Shown here in pieces: positions 40,107-50,019 of a stretch of 64,000 nt of DNA. The DNA comes from an uncultured delta proteobacterium (GTDB lineage Bacteria; Desulfobacterota; RBG-13-43-22), in assembly GCA_963711835.1 (NCBI GenBank), contig CAVQFQ010000021.1, positions 160,001 to 224,000 on the forward strand, read 5' to 3'. Position numbers and translations under genes: made by a program. Positions within the stretch are counted from its first letter, which is position 1. Every line of letters begins with the position of its first letter. The notes beneath the pieces were generated by a model that saw only the letters and a program-made list of their open reading frames with translations, searched no databases and was not told where the DNA came from.

Positions 40107-40980
40107 TTGAAAAAATTTGAATATCTGCAGCCCAGGTCGATCGATGAAGCCATTTCCATTCTGGTTTCTCATGGAGAAAAAGCCCGCTACATCGCCGGCG
40201 GAACGGATGTTATGGTCAAAATCAAGGAGGGAAAGATAGAACCCCTTTATCTGGTCTCCTTACAAAGGGTTTCAGAGCTGGCTTTCATCCAGAGGGACCC
40301 GGAGGGCATCCTGCACATCGGGGCCTTGACCACCCACCGGATGCTGGAGAAGTCCTCATTGATTCGCCGGCACTATCCCTGCATCACCGACGCCGTCGAG
40401 AACATAGGCTCCGTACAAATTCGAAATGTGGCCACCATCGGGGGAAATATCTGCAATGCCGTTCCCTCGGCCGACGGCGTGATCCCTTTACTGATTCTGG
40501 GGGCGCATCTCACCCTGGTCGGCCCCAAAGGAAAACGGTCTCTGCCCTTAAAAAGCTTCTTTCTGGGTCCCGGTCAAACCCTGATCGAACCGGGGGAAAT
40601 TTTAACGGAGTTTTTCATACCCTCCTCTTCCGCCTCGATCCGGCGGGGCTTATATCAAGCACACCCGACGGGAGGCCATGGAACTGCCTCTCCTGGGGGT
40701 CGGGATGGTCTTGTCCCTGGCGGAAGATAACAAGACCTGCCTCAAGGTTCGGATCGGTTTGGGAGTGGCGGCCCCTACGCCCCTGCGGGCCTTTGAAGCG
40801 GAGGCCTATCTAACCGGCAAAGAAATCAACGACACAACGTTGGCTGAAACAGCCCGGGTGACCGTCAAAGAAACCCGGATGCGGGACAGTATCCGCGGCC
40901 GGGCCTGGTATCGCCGCGAAATGGTCGGGGTTCTGATCCCTCGGCTGGGCCAAAGATGCCTTGAACGAATAAAGGGATAA
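40107..40980 (+). pseudogene. Xanthine dehydrogenase-family FAD subunit, one frameshift near 40625 (possibly artefact)
   Basis: IAGGTDV, QIRNVATIGGNICNAVPSAD, VAAPTPLRA, DSIRGRAWYR. Confidence 0.88.
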
Positions 40981-41006
40981 TTTTTCCTGCGGAGGTTCAA
41001 TCCCAA

Positions 41007-41504
41007 ATGAATAAAATCGCCTTACAATTGAACGGCCACGACCTTGAGACCTTGGTGGAGCCCCACTGGACCCTGCTGGAATTTCTAAGGGATCGGATGG
41101 AACTTACCGGAACCAAAGAAGGCTGCGGCGAAGGGGAATGCGGGGCCTGCACGGTTCTGGTCAATGGAAAGGCTGTCAATGCCTGTCTCTTTCCGATCCT
41201 GGAAGCCTACGGAACCGAGGTGGTCACTATAGAAGGTTTGATCAAGGAAGACGGCAGTCTTCATCCCCTGCAGCAGGCCTTTATTAATCAGGGAGCGGTT
41301 CAGTGCGGCTTCTGCTCCCCGGGGATGATCCTTTCAGCCAAGGCCCTGTTGGATGAAACCCCTCATCCCACGGAAGATGAGATCCGCACCGCCCTGGCCG
41401 GCAACTTCTGCCGCTGTACCGGCTATGCCCAGATTATTCAGGCTATACAATCCGTCGGCGGCTATGAAGAAAAAGAAGTTTCGGTCATGCCGAGGGAGAC
41501 TTGA
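41007..41504 (+). CDS. Xanthine dehydrogenase-family 2x[2Fe-2S] subunit
   Basis: GCGEGECGAC, QCGFCSPG, CRCTGY. Confidence 0.95.
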   Translation: MNKIALQLNGHDLETLVEPHWTLLEFLRDRMELTGTKEGCGEGECGACTVLVNGKAVNACLFPILEAYGTEVVTIEGLIKEDGSLHPLQQAFINQGAVQCGFCSPGMILSAKALLDETPHPTEDEIRTALAGNFCRCTGYAQIIQAIQSVGGYEEKEVSVMPRET

Positions 41505-41511
41505 TTAAAAA

Positions 41512-41582
41512 CGTTCGGAGTTCGGCGTTGAGCGTTCGGCCTATGAAAAAGGCTAACCGCTGATAGCTGAAAGCTAATAGCT
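41512..41582. repeat. Heptamer arrays between XDH subunit genes
   Basis: gttcgga/gttcggc/gttgagc ... gctaacc/gctgata/gctgaaa/gctaata. Confidence 0.6.
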
Positions 41583-41601
41583 TTATCAAGCGAGGAGAAA
41601 T

Positions 41602-43872
41602 ATGGAAGAACTACAGGTGGTGGGTCAGCGCATTCCCAAGGTGGATGCCCTGGATAAAGTCACCGGCCGGGCCAAATACATCCAGGACGTCAAACTGCCG
41701 GGCATGCTTTTCGGAAAAATCCTCTACAGCAAGTTTGCCCATGCCCGCATTGCCCATATGGACATTTCCAAGGCCGAAAAATTACCCGGGGTCCGGGTGA
41801 TCCTCACCGGGGAAACCATACCTCCCCTGCGCTTTGGATTTTATAAAGACAATGCTCCCCTCAAGGCCGGCAAGGTCCGTTCCTTTCGGGACGAGGTGGC
41901 GGCGGTAGCGGCCACGGATCCGGAAATCGCCCGGGAAGCCTTGGACCTGATCGAAGTCACCTATGAACCCCTGCCGCCGCTCTTCGACCCGGAAGAGGCC
42001 ATGAAGGAAGGGGCAGCCCTGATCCATGAAGCCCATAAAACCAATGTCCTGAAAATGCCCTGGAAGTTGATCTGCGGCGATGTGGAACAGGCCCGTCAGT
42101 CTTCGGCCTTCACGGCCCAAGACCGCTTCAAGGTCACCTGGGTAACCCATTGCTGCCTGGGCACCAGCGGCTGCATCGCCGATTTCGACCTGAGAAACAA
42201 TTTAACGCTCCACAGCACCACCCAGATCCCCTCCCTGGCCCAGAAGGACTACCTGGAATTTCTCAAAGGCATGGGCCTGCCTGATTCGCGGGTGCGGATC
42301 ATCCAGACTGCTATCGGCGGGGCCTTCGGCAGCAAACTCGACACCTATGCCTTCGAATACATCGCCATTCTGTTGGCCCATAAAACCAGAAAGCCGGTTA
42401 AGATCCTCTTTGACCGCCGGGAAGAATTCAAGGCCACCTCCACCCGCCAGCCGGCCGTCATTGACATTTCCCAGGGCTGCACCAAAGAGGGAAAACTGAC
42501 CTTCCGGGATATGACCATGATCCTGGACAACGGGGCCTATACCTCCTGGGGAGCCACCACCCCGTCGGTGATGATGATGCCCATTTCCTCCCTCTATCGG
42601 GTCCCCAATGTGCGCTATATCGCCAAATGCGTCTATACCAACAACACCTACAGCCAAGCCATGCGCGGCTACGGCAACCCCCAGGCCACCTTTGCCATTG
42701 AAAGCCAGATCGACATCCTGGCCGAACAAGCCGGGATTGATCCCTACGAATTTCGTCTTCTCAACAGCAACCAGCCGGGTGAAGTCTCGCCTCAGGGATT
42801 TAAAATCACCACCTGCGGCCTGAAGGACTGCCTCCAGGCCGTGGCCGGGGAATTGAACTGGAAAGAAAAACACGGCCAAGGGAAAAGGCGGGGGGTCGGC
42901 CTGGCCTCTCTGATTCATGTCGGGGGCGGGGCCCGAGTCTATAAATCGGACGGTTGCGGGACGATCATTAAAATGGACGACTTCGGCCGGGCCGATGTTT
43001 TTACCGGGGCCACCGAAATCGGCCAGGGATCGGATACGGTCATTGCCCAGATCGTGGCCGAGGAATTGGGCCTGCGCATCGAAGACGTCAATATCATCAA
43101 CAACGATACCGACGTCTGCCCCTGGGATGTGGGGGTTCACGCCAGCCGGACTACCTTTGTTGCCGGTAACGCCGCCCAGGGTGCGGCCCGGAAGGTCAAA
43201 GAACAGATCCTGACCCTGGCCGCCCGGGAAATGGAGGCCAATATCAAAGACCTGGTCCTTCAAGACCGCAAGGTCTTTGTCAAGGGCAGTCCGGACCGGT
43301 CTCTCTCGCTGGAAAAGATCCTGCGCAAGGCCCATTACAGCAACCAGGGTCAAATGATCATGGCGGACTATTTTTACGATCCGGCCAATGAAAATCTGGA
43401 CCGGGAATTCAAGGGAAACCTCTCCATGACCTATGCCTTTGGAGCCCATGGCGTTGAAGTGGAGGTGGATGAAGAAACCGGCAAGGTCAAGATCCTTAAT
43501 TACGTGGCGGCCCACGACGTCGGACGGGCCATCAATCCCATGCTTTTGGAGGGACAGGTTTACGGCGGGGTGGTCATGGGCGTAGGCTATGCCTTGACCG
43601 AAGAGCTTATCCTGCACAAGGGAGAGGTCATGAATCCCAACTTTCGCGATTATAAGCTGCTGACCTGCAAAGACCGCATCCCGATCAAAACCATCGTCGT
43701 CGAAACCCAGGACCCCGCCGGGCCCTTCGGGGCCAAAGGGATCGGAGAGCCGGGCTGCGTGCCAACCGCCCCGGCCATCGCCAACGCCGTCTATGATGCC
43801 ATCGGGGTGCGGATAAAAGAACTGCCCATTACCCCGGAAAAAATCGTGGCGGCCCTGAAACAGAAAAAATAA
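41602..43872 (+). CDS. Xanthine dehydrogenase-family molybdopterin-binding subunit
   Basis: GGAFGSK, AMRGYGNPQ, EIGQG, ASRTT, AKGIGEPG. Confidence 0.95.
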   Translation: MEELQVVGQRIPKVDALDKVTGRAKYIQDVKLPGMLFGKILYSKFAHARIAHMDISKAEKLPGVRVILTGETIPPLRFGFYKDNAPLKAGKVRSFRDEVAAVAATDPEIAREALDLIEVTYEPLPPLFDPEEAMKEGAALIHEAHKTNVLKMPWKLICGDVEQARQSSAFTAQDRFKVTWVTHCCLGTSGCIADFDLRNNLTLHSTTQIPSLAQKDYLEFLKGMGLPDSRVRIIQTAIGGAFGSKLDTYAFEYIAILLAHKTRKPVKILFDRREEFKATSTRQPAVIDISQGCTKEGKLTFRDMTMILDNGAYTSWGATTPSVMMMPISSLYRVPNVRYIAKCVYTNNTYSQAMRGYGNPQATFAIESQIDILAEQAGIDPYEFRLLNSNQPGEVSPQGFKITTCGLKDCLQAVAGELNWKEKHGQGKRRGVGLASLIHVGGGARVYKSDGCGTIIKMDDFGRADVFTGATEIGQGSDTVIAQIVAEELGLRIEDVNIINNDTDVCPWDVGVHASRTTFVAGNAAQGAARKVKEQILTLAAREMEANIKDLVLQDRKVFVKGSPDRSLSLEKILRKAHYSNQGQMIMADYFYDPANENLDREFKGNLSMTYAFGAHGVEVEVDEETGKVKILNYVAAHDVGRAINPMLLEGQVYGGVVMGVGYALTEELILHKGEVMNPNFRDYKLLTCKDRIPIKTIVVETQDPAGPFGAKGIGEPGCVPTAPAIANAVYDAIGVRIKELPITPEKIVAALKQKK

Positions 43873-43934
43873 CCCGGCTCCTGCCCTCTAAACTCGGACC
43901 GAAGGCCATCTTCTCAGATAAAGGACAAAAAGCC

Positions 43935-44192
43935 ATGCAAGAATTGCTTAGGGAACTTAAAATCAAAATCGTCGAGGAACTCCAGCTCCTGGATGTAAAT
44001 CCGGAGGAACTGGCCGATGACACCCCTTTTTTCGACGGGGGACTGGGCCTCTACTCCGTGGATCTTTTGGTCCTGGTAGCCCTCCTGGATCGGGACTACG
44101 GCGTTGAGATCTTCACCCGGGAACTGGGAGAGAAGGTTTTCATCAACCTTTCCACCTTGGCCGCCTATATAAAGGAAAATCGAAAAAAATGA
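43935..44192 (+). CDS. Acyl carrier protein-like (variant GLYS motif)
   Basis: Acidic 85 aa, FFDGGLGLYSVDLL, LAAYI. Confidence 0.8.
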   Translation: MQELLRELKIKIVEELQLLDVNPEELADDTPFFDGGLGLYSVDLLVLVALLDRDYGVEIFTRELGEKVFINLSTLAAYIKENRKK

Positions 44193-45823
44193 ATAAACCC
44201 TGGCTCAAACACTACGAGAAACACGTCCCTCAGACACTCAGCTACCCGAAAATACCCCTCCACCGGTTCCTCCTGGATACGGTGGACAATCACCCGGATC
44301 ACGTGGCGATTTCCTTTAATGAGATCCATCTCTCCTATGCCGAGGTGAATGATCGGGTAAACCGGTTCGCCCAGGCCCTGCACCGGACAGGGGTGGAGAA
44401 AGGGGAGCGCATCGCTTTACTCCTGGTCAATTCCCCCACCTATGTCTTCGCCTTCTTCGCGGCCATGAAACTCGGGGCCGTGGTGGTCAATCTTAACGTA
44501 GGGATCCAGGGGGAGGAACTGGCCCGCTGTCTGAATGACTCCGCTGCCAAGGTAGTGGTTACCCTGGACCTGTTCGCCCCGAATGTTTACCAGGTGATTG
44601 CCAAGACCGGGGTGAAAACCGTTATCCTCCACTCGGTCTTCGGCCTGGAAAAAACCATGACCTTCGAGCCAGGGGTCCCTCAGCCCCGGCTCTTCCAGGA
44701 AGTGATCGCCTCAGCCGGGTCCGGGGAAGAGCCGTCCTTCCAGGTCTCACCCCAGGACGTGGCCGTCCTCCAGTATACCAGCGGCTCTACCGGAGCGCCC
44801 AAGGCCGCGACCCTGACCCACGCCAATATCCTTTCCAGCGTGCTCCAGACCGATGCCTGGGTGGGGATAGAAGGGGCTGGAAACGCCGCGGTCATTTGCC
44901 TGATCCCCTTCTTCCATGTCTTCGGCATGTCGGCCTGCCTTGTTACTTCGGTCCTCAAAGGGTACCGGATGGTGCTGCTGCCCAGGATGGACCTGATGGA
45001 TATCCTGTCCCTGATAAACATCCTGGAGACCTATAAACCGCTCTCCTTTCCGGCCGTGCCCGGCCTCTGGACAGCGATCCTCTCCCTTCCGCCTGAGGTG
45101 GCCGGGAAACACCTAACCTCCATTCAGGTGGCCATCAGCGGCGGGGCTCCGCTCCCGATTTGGACCGCTGAACGCTTTGAGGCCCTGACCGGGAGGAGAA
45201 TCCTCGAGGCCTACGGCCTATCGGAAGCCTCATCCGCCACACACTTGTCCCCTTATCCCACCGGCGGTCCCTGGAGCTCTATTGGACTGCCGCTTCCTGA
45301 TACCGAGGCCAGGATCCTGGACCTTGAAACCGGGGAAAAAGATTGCCCCATTGGGGAGATCGGCGAACTGCTGGTCAAAGGACCCCAGATCATGCAGGGT
45401 TACTGGAACAACCCGGATCTTACCGCCGGCGCCTTGAGGGATGGCTGGCTCCACACCGGAGACCTGGCCCGCATGGATCAGGATGGTTTTTTCTATTTGG
45501 TGGACCGGAAGGATGACTTGATCATCTCCAGCGGGTTTAATGTCTATCCCAGTCAGATCGAGGAGGTCTTGAAGCGGCATCCCAAAGTCAAGGACGCGGC
45601 CGTCGTCGGCCTGGATGACCGAATCAAGGGCCAGGCGATTTTGGCCCTGATAGCCCTGGAAGAAGGGGCCGAAGGAGACCGGGAAGAATTCCTGAAATAC
45701 TGCCAAGACAACCTGCCCGATTACAGAAGGCCAAAGGCCATCCGCTTCCGAAAGGAAATCCCCAGGGATCCGGCGGGCAAGATCCTGAGGAGGATCGTCC
45801 GCCAGGAGGCCGGGGCGGTTTAA
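44189..45823 (+). CDS. Long-chain fatty acid-CoA/AMP ligase
   Basis: QYTSGSTGAPK, YGLSE, GWLHTGD, DRKDDLII, GKILRR. Confidence 0.93.
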   Translation: MNKPWLKHYEKHVPQTLSYPKIPLHRFLLDTVDNHPDHVAISFNEIHLSYAEVNDRVNRFAQALHRTGVEKGERIALLLVNSPTYVFAFFAAMKLGAVVVNLNVGIQGEELARCLNDSAAKVVVTLDLFAPNVYQVIAKTGVKTVILHSVFGLEKTMTFEPGVPQPRLFQEVIASAGSGEEPSFQVSPQDVAVLQYTSGSTGAPKAATLTHANILSSVLQTDAWVGIEGAGNAAVICLIPFFHVFGMSACLVTSVLKGYRMVLLPRMDLMDILSLINILETYKPLSFPAVPGLWTAILSLPPEVAGKHLTSIQVAISGGAPLPIWTAERFEALTGRRILEAYGLSEASSATHLSPYPTGGPWSSIGLPLPDTEARILDLETGEKDCPIGEIGELLVKGPQIMQGYWNNPDLTAGALRDGWLHTGDLARMDQDGFFYLVDRKDDLIISSGFNVYPSQIEEVLKRHPKVKDAAVVGLDDRIKGQAILALIALEEGAEGDREEFLKYCQDNLPDYRRPKAIRFRKEIPRDPAGKILRRIVRQEAGAV

Positions 45824-45853
45824 GGAAGACCTGTTTTTCAGGCCCAACTCGGG

Positions 45854-46531
45854 TCAACAACTCTTTAGGGTGATCACCTGGCCGTCACCCTCTCCGTGGC
45901 TGACCGGGCCGACCCTCTTTTGATAGCGCATCAGACTCTCCGCCTCGCCCACTCGGACCACCTCCACCTCCCGGATGGCTGTTTCAAGGTCCAGGCCCAG
46001 GGCCTTGGCCGCCGCTTCCTTGATGGTCCAGACGCGCGCTGCAACCCGTTCCGGGCTCAGGCCGGATCTCGAGAGGAGGTCCTGTTCCCGGGGAGACATG
46101 AAGAGCTGCCGGACTCTCACCATCTTGGCTGAAACACATTCCAGATCTACCCCAACGGGGCGAACATGGCCGACCGCGGCTACAAACCGATCCGTATGGG
46201 AAACGGAGCAGTACAACCCGCTTCCGGGCAAACAGGGCTTGGCGGGATCAGGGCCGAGCGTTTCAATAGCCGAATCCGGCCGGTCTTCCTCCACCAGACC
46301 CAGTTGGCGGGCCAGTTGCTTCAGAGCCGCCCGTGCCGCCCTATAGCTTCTCCGTCTCCGGGGCCCTGATCCCTGAGCCTGCAGCGCTTCCCGGGGGGTA
46401 AAGAGACCTTCCTCTAAAGCGGAAATCTCCTCAATCTCCATTAAGACCAGGCCTGAACAGGCGGACCGGATACCTTCCAGCCCCGGCCAAAGGACTGGGG
46501 TTATTGAAAATGTCACAGGTTTTTCCTTCAA
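45854..46531 (-). CDS. 4'-phosphopantetheinyl transferase (Sfp-like)
   Basis: KP..SVSHT, VGVDLE, WTIKEAAAKALG. Confidence 0.88.
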   Translation of the reverse strand: MKEKPVTFSITPVLWPGLEGIRSACSGLVLMEIEEISALEEGLFTPREALQAQGSGPRRRRSYRAARAALKQLARQLGLVEEDRPDSAIETLGPDPAKPCLPGSGLYCSVSHTDRFVAAVGHVRPVGVDLECVSAKMVRVRQLFMSPREQDLLSRSGLSPERVAARVWTIKEAAAKALGLDLETAIREVEVVRVGEAESLMRYQKRVGPVSHGEGDGQVITLKSC

Positions 46532-46640
46532 TAAAAATGTTTCCTTCTCCTAAGCCTTTCTGATAGATTACAGTGTACAACATCATCTTCTCAAGTTCCA
46601 TTTTCATTTTAAGGCCGCAGGACCTTTTTATAGGGATTAT

Positions 46641-47798
46641 ATGGATGCCGATAAAAGCTGCTGTCTATTGCTTTATAATGAAGACTACCTGAAGTTCGAC
46701 TACGGGCCGTATCACCCCCTTCAAGTGGGCAGGTTGAAACTGACCCTGGACCTGATTCAAACCTATGGCCTGCTATCCGGTGAGAAAAGCCATCAGGAAG
46801 AAACCCGCCAGGCCACCCAGGAAGAAACCCTGACCTTTCATACCCCTGACTACTGGGAGGTCCTCCGGCAGGCCAATCAGGGCCATTCGGACCTGGACCT
46901 CTCCGCCTATGGGTTAGGCCCTGGAGATAATCCCATATTCCCCGGGGTGCTGGATTGGGCCCGCTTCTGCGGCGGCGGGGCCATCCAGGCCGGGGAATGG
47001 GTCGCTTCAGGCCGGGGTCGGATTGCTTTTCATATCGCCGGGGGCATGCATCATGCCCATAAGAACCTGGCCTCCGGTTTTTGTTATATCAATGATCCGG
47101 TCCTGGTCATCTTATATTTGCTCTCCCTTGGTAAAAAGGTGGCCTACATTGACATTGATGCTCATCACGGCGACGGGGTCCAGGAAGCCTTCTATCGAAC
47201 CAACCGGGTCCTGACCGTCTCCTTTCACCAGAACGGACAAACCTTGTTCCCCTCCACCGGTTTTGTGCCTGAAATAGGCCTCGGCCAAGGGTTGGGTTAT
47301 TCGGTCAATGTCCCCTTCTACCCCTGGACGGATGATGAGATTTTTATCTGGGCTTTCCATGAAGTGGTGCCGCCCCTCATCAAGACCTTTGATCCGGAGG
47401 TGATCGTCACCCAGTTGGGAGTGGATTCTTTTTACAATGATCCCCTGGCCAATCTTAACCTGACCAGCAGGGGATTCTGCTCGGCAATACGATTTTTCAA
47501 GGATCTCGGCCTGCCCTGGGTGGCCCTGGGAGGAGGGGGGTATCATCAGGTCAATGTAGCCCGGGCCTGGACTTTGGCCTGGTCCATCATGCTGGATCAG
47601 GAACTTAAACAGCAAAGGCTGCCTAAAGCGGTTCGGGAAACCTTGCGGCGTCTGAATTATGATGAAGAATGGCTCCGGGACGAAGACATCCCGGAAGACC
47701 CATTAAAAAAAGAGCGGGCCTTTCACGAGGCCCGAAGGACCGTCAAGGCCCTGAAAGAAACCATTTTCCCTCTGCTATTAAAGGTCTCAAAATATTAG
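46641..47798 (+). CDS. acuC: Acetoin utilisation AcuC / HDAC-family deacetylase
   Basis: GGMHHA, ASGFCYIND, DIDAHHGDGVQ, QLGVD, GGGGY. Confidence 0.9.
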   Translation: MDADKSCCLLLYNEDYLKFDYGPYHPLQVGRLKLTLDLIQTYGLLSGEKSHQEETRQATQEETLTFHTPDYWEVLRQANQGHSDLDLSAYGLGPGDNPIFPGVLDWARFCGGGAIQAGEWVASGRGRIAFHIAGGMHHAHKNLASGFCYINDPVLVILYLLSLGKKVAYIDIDAHHGDGVQEAFYRTNRVLTVSFHQNGQTLFPSTGFVPEIGLGQGLGYSVNVPFYPWTDDEIFIWAFHEVVPPLIKTFDPEVIVTQLGVDSFYNDPLANLNLTSRGFCSAIRFFKDLGLPWVALGGGGYHQVNVARAWTLAWSIMLDQELKQQRLPKAVRETLRRLNYDEEWLRDEDIPEDPLKKERAFHEARRTVKALKETIFPLLLKVSKY

Positions 47799-47807
47799 TG
47801 ACCACCA

Positions 47808-48022
47808 GGGACCGGGGGGTCTTCTTTTCTGTGGTTGTCCAAAGGGTAACTCATCGCCCTATCCCGGCCCGGACGGCTAAGTGGGTTAGGTGCAGGGCAT
47901 TCACTTAAGTCCATTTCGGGCATTCGTGTAGGCCTGTCTCTGGATTAAATCCCGAATTTGGCCCGGCAAAGAAACTTTAGTCTTGAAGGTGGACAACCCA
48001 GAAAAGAAGACCCCCCGGTCCC
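47808..48022 (-). repeat. Structured repeat family copy 3 (reverse orientation)
   Basis: 24-bp perfect IR gggaccggggggtcttcttttctg; internal gggcattcac is the reverse complement of gtgaatgccc. Confidence 0.82.
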
Positions 48023-48108
48023 ATTTAATGCAAGCTCATCAATTTCATGTCAAGACTATGATGAAACTCTTAATAAGAACGTAAGGATCATCTCCAAAAA
48101 AGTCGGCG

Positions 48109-49533
48109 ATGATCCGGGAGTCAAGGATGAGGCACACGGATCAGGGAAGGCCTGAAAAAACAAACGGTGTGACTCTGCTGGGGATCTTCGCCTGGTGGTG
48201 GCTAGTTATGTTCACCAATCCGGGCTACGCCGCGGATGCCGGGAGTACCTTCAATCAAGGGAAGGCCTATTTTGAACAGGGAAAATATGGTGAGGCGATT
48301 GCTTCGTTCACCAAAACCATTGAGAAGGATCCCCGGTCTTCCAGCGCCTATACCTGGCGGGGTCGGGCCAAAGTCAGACTCAATGATGACGAAGGGGCCT
48401 TGGCCGATTATTACCGGGCTATCGAACTCGAGCCTAAAAATGATACCGCCTACAATAATCGGGGAACCATTAAAGAGCGGCGGGGTGATGGCGAGGGGGC
48501 CCTGGCCGATTACACCCGGGCCATCGAAATCAATCCCAACAAAAACAGTATGGCCTACGCCAATCGCGGCTTTCTTCGGGCCAAGCGGGGCGATCCGGAT
48601 GGGGCCATGGCCGACTATTACCGGGCCCTGGAAATCGACCCCAAGAATGACCACGCCTACGTAAACCGGGGCTTGGGGAAAGAGAAACGAGGGGATTTTG
48701 ATGGAGCGACCGCCGATTATACCCGAGCCATCGAGCTCAATCCCAGGAATAAAGATGCTTATCGCGATCGGGGACTATTGAAACAGAAACGGGGGGATCT
48801 GGACGGGGCTTTGGCGGATTTTAATCAGGCCATTTCGCTGGATCCTAAGGCGCCTAAATTATATAATTGGAGGGGAATTCTGAAATATAGGCGCGGCGAT
48901 TGGGATGGCGCCCTGGCCGATTACACCCGGGCTTTGGAAGTCAATCCCAAATTTGTGGAGCCGGTTCATAATCGGGGAATCATTGAATACAAACGGGGAG
49001 ACATGGATGGGGCTCTGGCCGACTATAACCGGGCCATTGAGTTGAATCCGAAATTTGCTCCCTCCTATAACGGCCGGGGTCTTATTAAAGTGAAGCGGGG
49101 AGATTGGGAGGGGGCCCTGGCTGACTATAATCGAGCCGTCGAATTGGATCCTACCCGCAGTTTTCCCTACAAAAACAGGGGCAATCTCAAGAAAGACCGC
49201 CAGGACTTACCAGGGGCCTTAGCCGATTATAACCGGGCCATCGAATTGGATCTCAAGAACAAAGAAGCCTTTCTGGGCCGGGGAGAAGTCAGGGAGAAAG
49301 AGAGAAATTTTCAGAGCGCCCTAGCCGACTATCAAAGGGCCCTGGAATTAGATCCGGCTTATCTGGAGGCCGGCCAACGGATTGAGGCCCTTCGGGCAAG
49401 GATGTCGGAGGGGACCAAACGGGAACGGAAGAAAATAATCCCCAAGACCCCGGTCAAGACAGCCCGGCCCCAACCCTCCCGATTGGAACCGCCGGATCAA
49501 ATGGAATTCATGCCGGCCTTCGGGCCCCGGTGA
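48109..49533 (+). CDS. Secreted TPR-repeat protein (~11 repeats)
   Basis: 34-aa repeats RG...GD.DGALADY.RAIEL.P; signal-like N-terminus; start uncertain. Confidence 0.9.
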   Translation: MIRESRMRHTDQGRPEKTNGVTLLGIFAWWWLVMFTNPGYAADAGSTFNQGKAYFEQGKYGEAIASFTKTIEKDPRSSSAYTWRGRAKVRLNDDEGALADYYRAIELEPKNDTAYNNRGTIKERRGDGEGALADYTRAIEINPNKNSMAYANRGFLRAKRGDPDGAMADYYRALEIDPKNDHAYVNRGLGKEKRGDFDGATADYTRAIELNPRNKDAYRDRGLLKQKRGDLDGALADFNQAISLDPKAPKLYNWRGILKYRRGDWDGALADYTRALEVNPKFVEPVHNRGIIEYKRGDMDGALADYNRAIELNPKFAPSYNGRGLIKVKRGDWEGALADYNRAVELDPTRSFPYKNRGNLKKDRQDLPGALADYNRAIELDLKNKEAFLGRGEVREKERNFQSALADYQRALELDPAYLEAGQRIEALRARMSEGTKRERKKIIPKTPVKTARPQPSRLEPPDQMEFMPAFGPR

Positions 49534-49547
49534 GGCCCACCACCAAG

Positions 49548-49982
49548 ATGAAAAACGAGAAGGAGCCCCTTTCAAGAGGCGATATGGAAACTCTGTTTCA
49601 AAAGGCCCTGGATCTATTCGAGTGCACTGTCTGTGGCACCTGCTGCCAAGGCGAGGGCGGGATTTTCATGGCCCCGGAGGAAATCGAGCGCATTGCCGCA
49701 TTCCTGAGCCTTTCCCCTCAGGTCTTCCTGACACAATACTGCATTGAAAGAAATGGCAAGATCTATATTCACATCAGGGAGGACGGCTTCTGCCACTTCG
49801 CCAAAGAGGGCCAATGCACCATCCATCCGGTAAAACCCAGCCCCTGCCATAAATGGCCGTTTTTTGATGCCGTGCTGAAAGATCAGGCCAACTGGGAAGT
49901 GGCCCGCAACTCCTGCCCGGCCCTGGCCCCTTTTAAAACATTGGACGATTTCCTATCCAACCGCCCGGCAAATTCAAATTAA
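49548..49982 (+). CDS. YkgJ family (CxxCxxCC) cysteine-cluster protein
   Basis: FECTVCGTCC, CHF..CTIHPVKPSPCHKWPF, CP. Confidence 0.9.
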   Translation: MKNEKEPLSRGDMETLFQKALDLFECTVCGTCCQGEGGIFMAPEEIERIAAFLSLSPQVFLTQYCIERNGKIYIHIREDGFCHFAKEGQCTIHPVKPSPCHKWPFFDAVLKDQANWEVARNSCPALAPFKTLDDFLSNRPANSN

Positions 49983-50019
49983 ATTTTTCCATCCATTCTT
50001 AGGTTAATCCAAAACCAAC

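Noticed and set aside
42202-43617. 471-aa antisense ORF
   Set aside because: Shadow of the XDH large subunit
41602-43872. 4-hydroxybenzoyl-CoA reductase or aerobic CO dehydrogenase assignment
   Set aside because: The FAD subunit lacks the 4Fe-4S insertion, and the AYxCSFR motif is absent
48300-49350. ~102-bp periodic repeats as a CRISPR array
   Set aside because: They are degenerate in-frame TPR coding repeats; no cas genes
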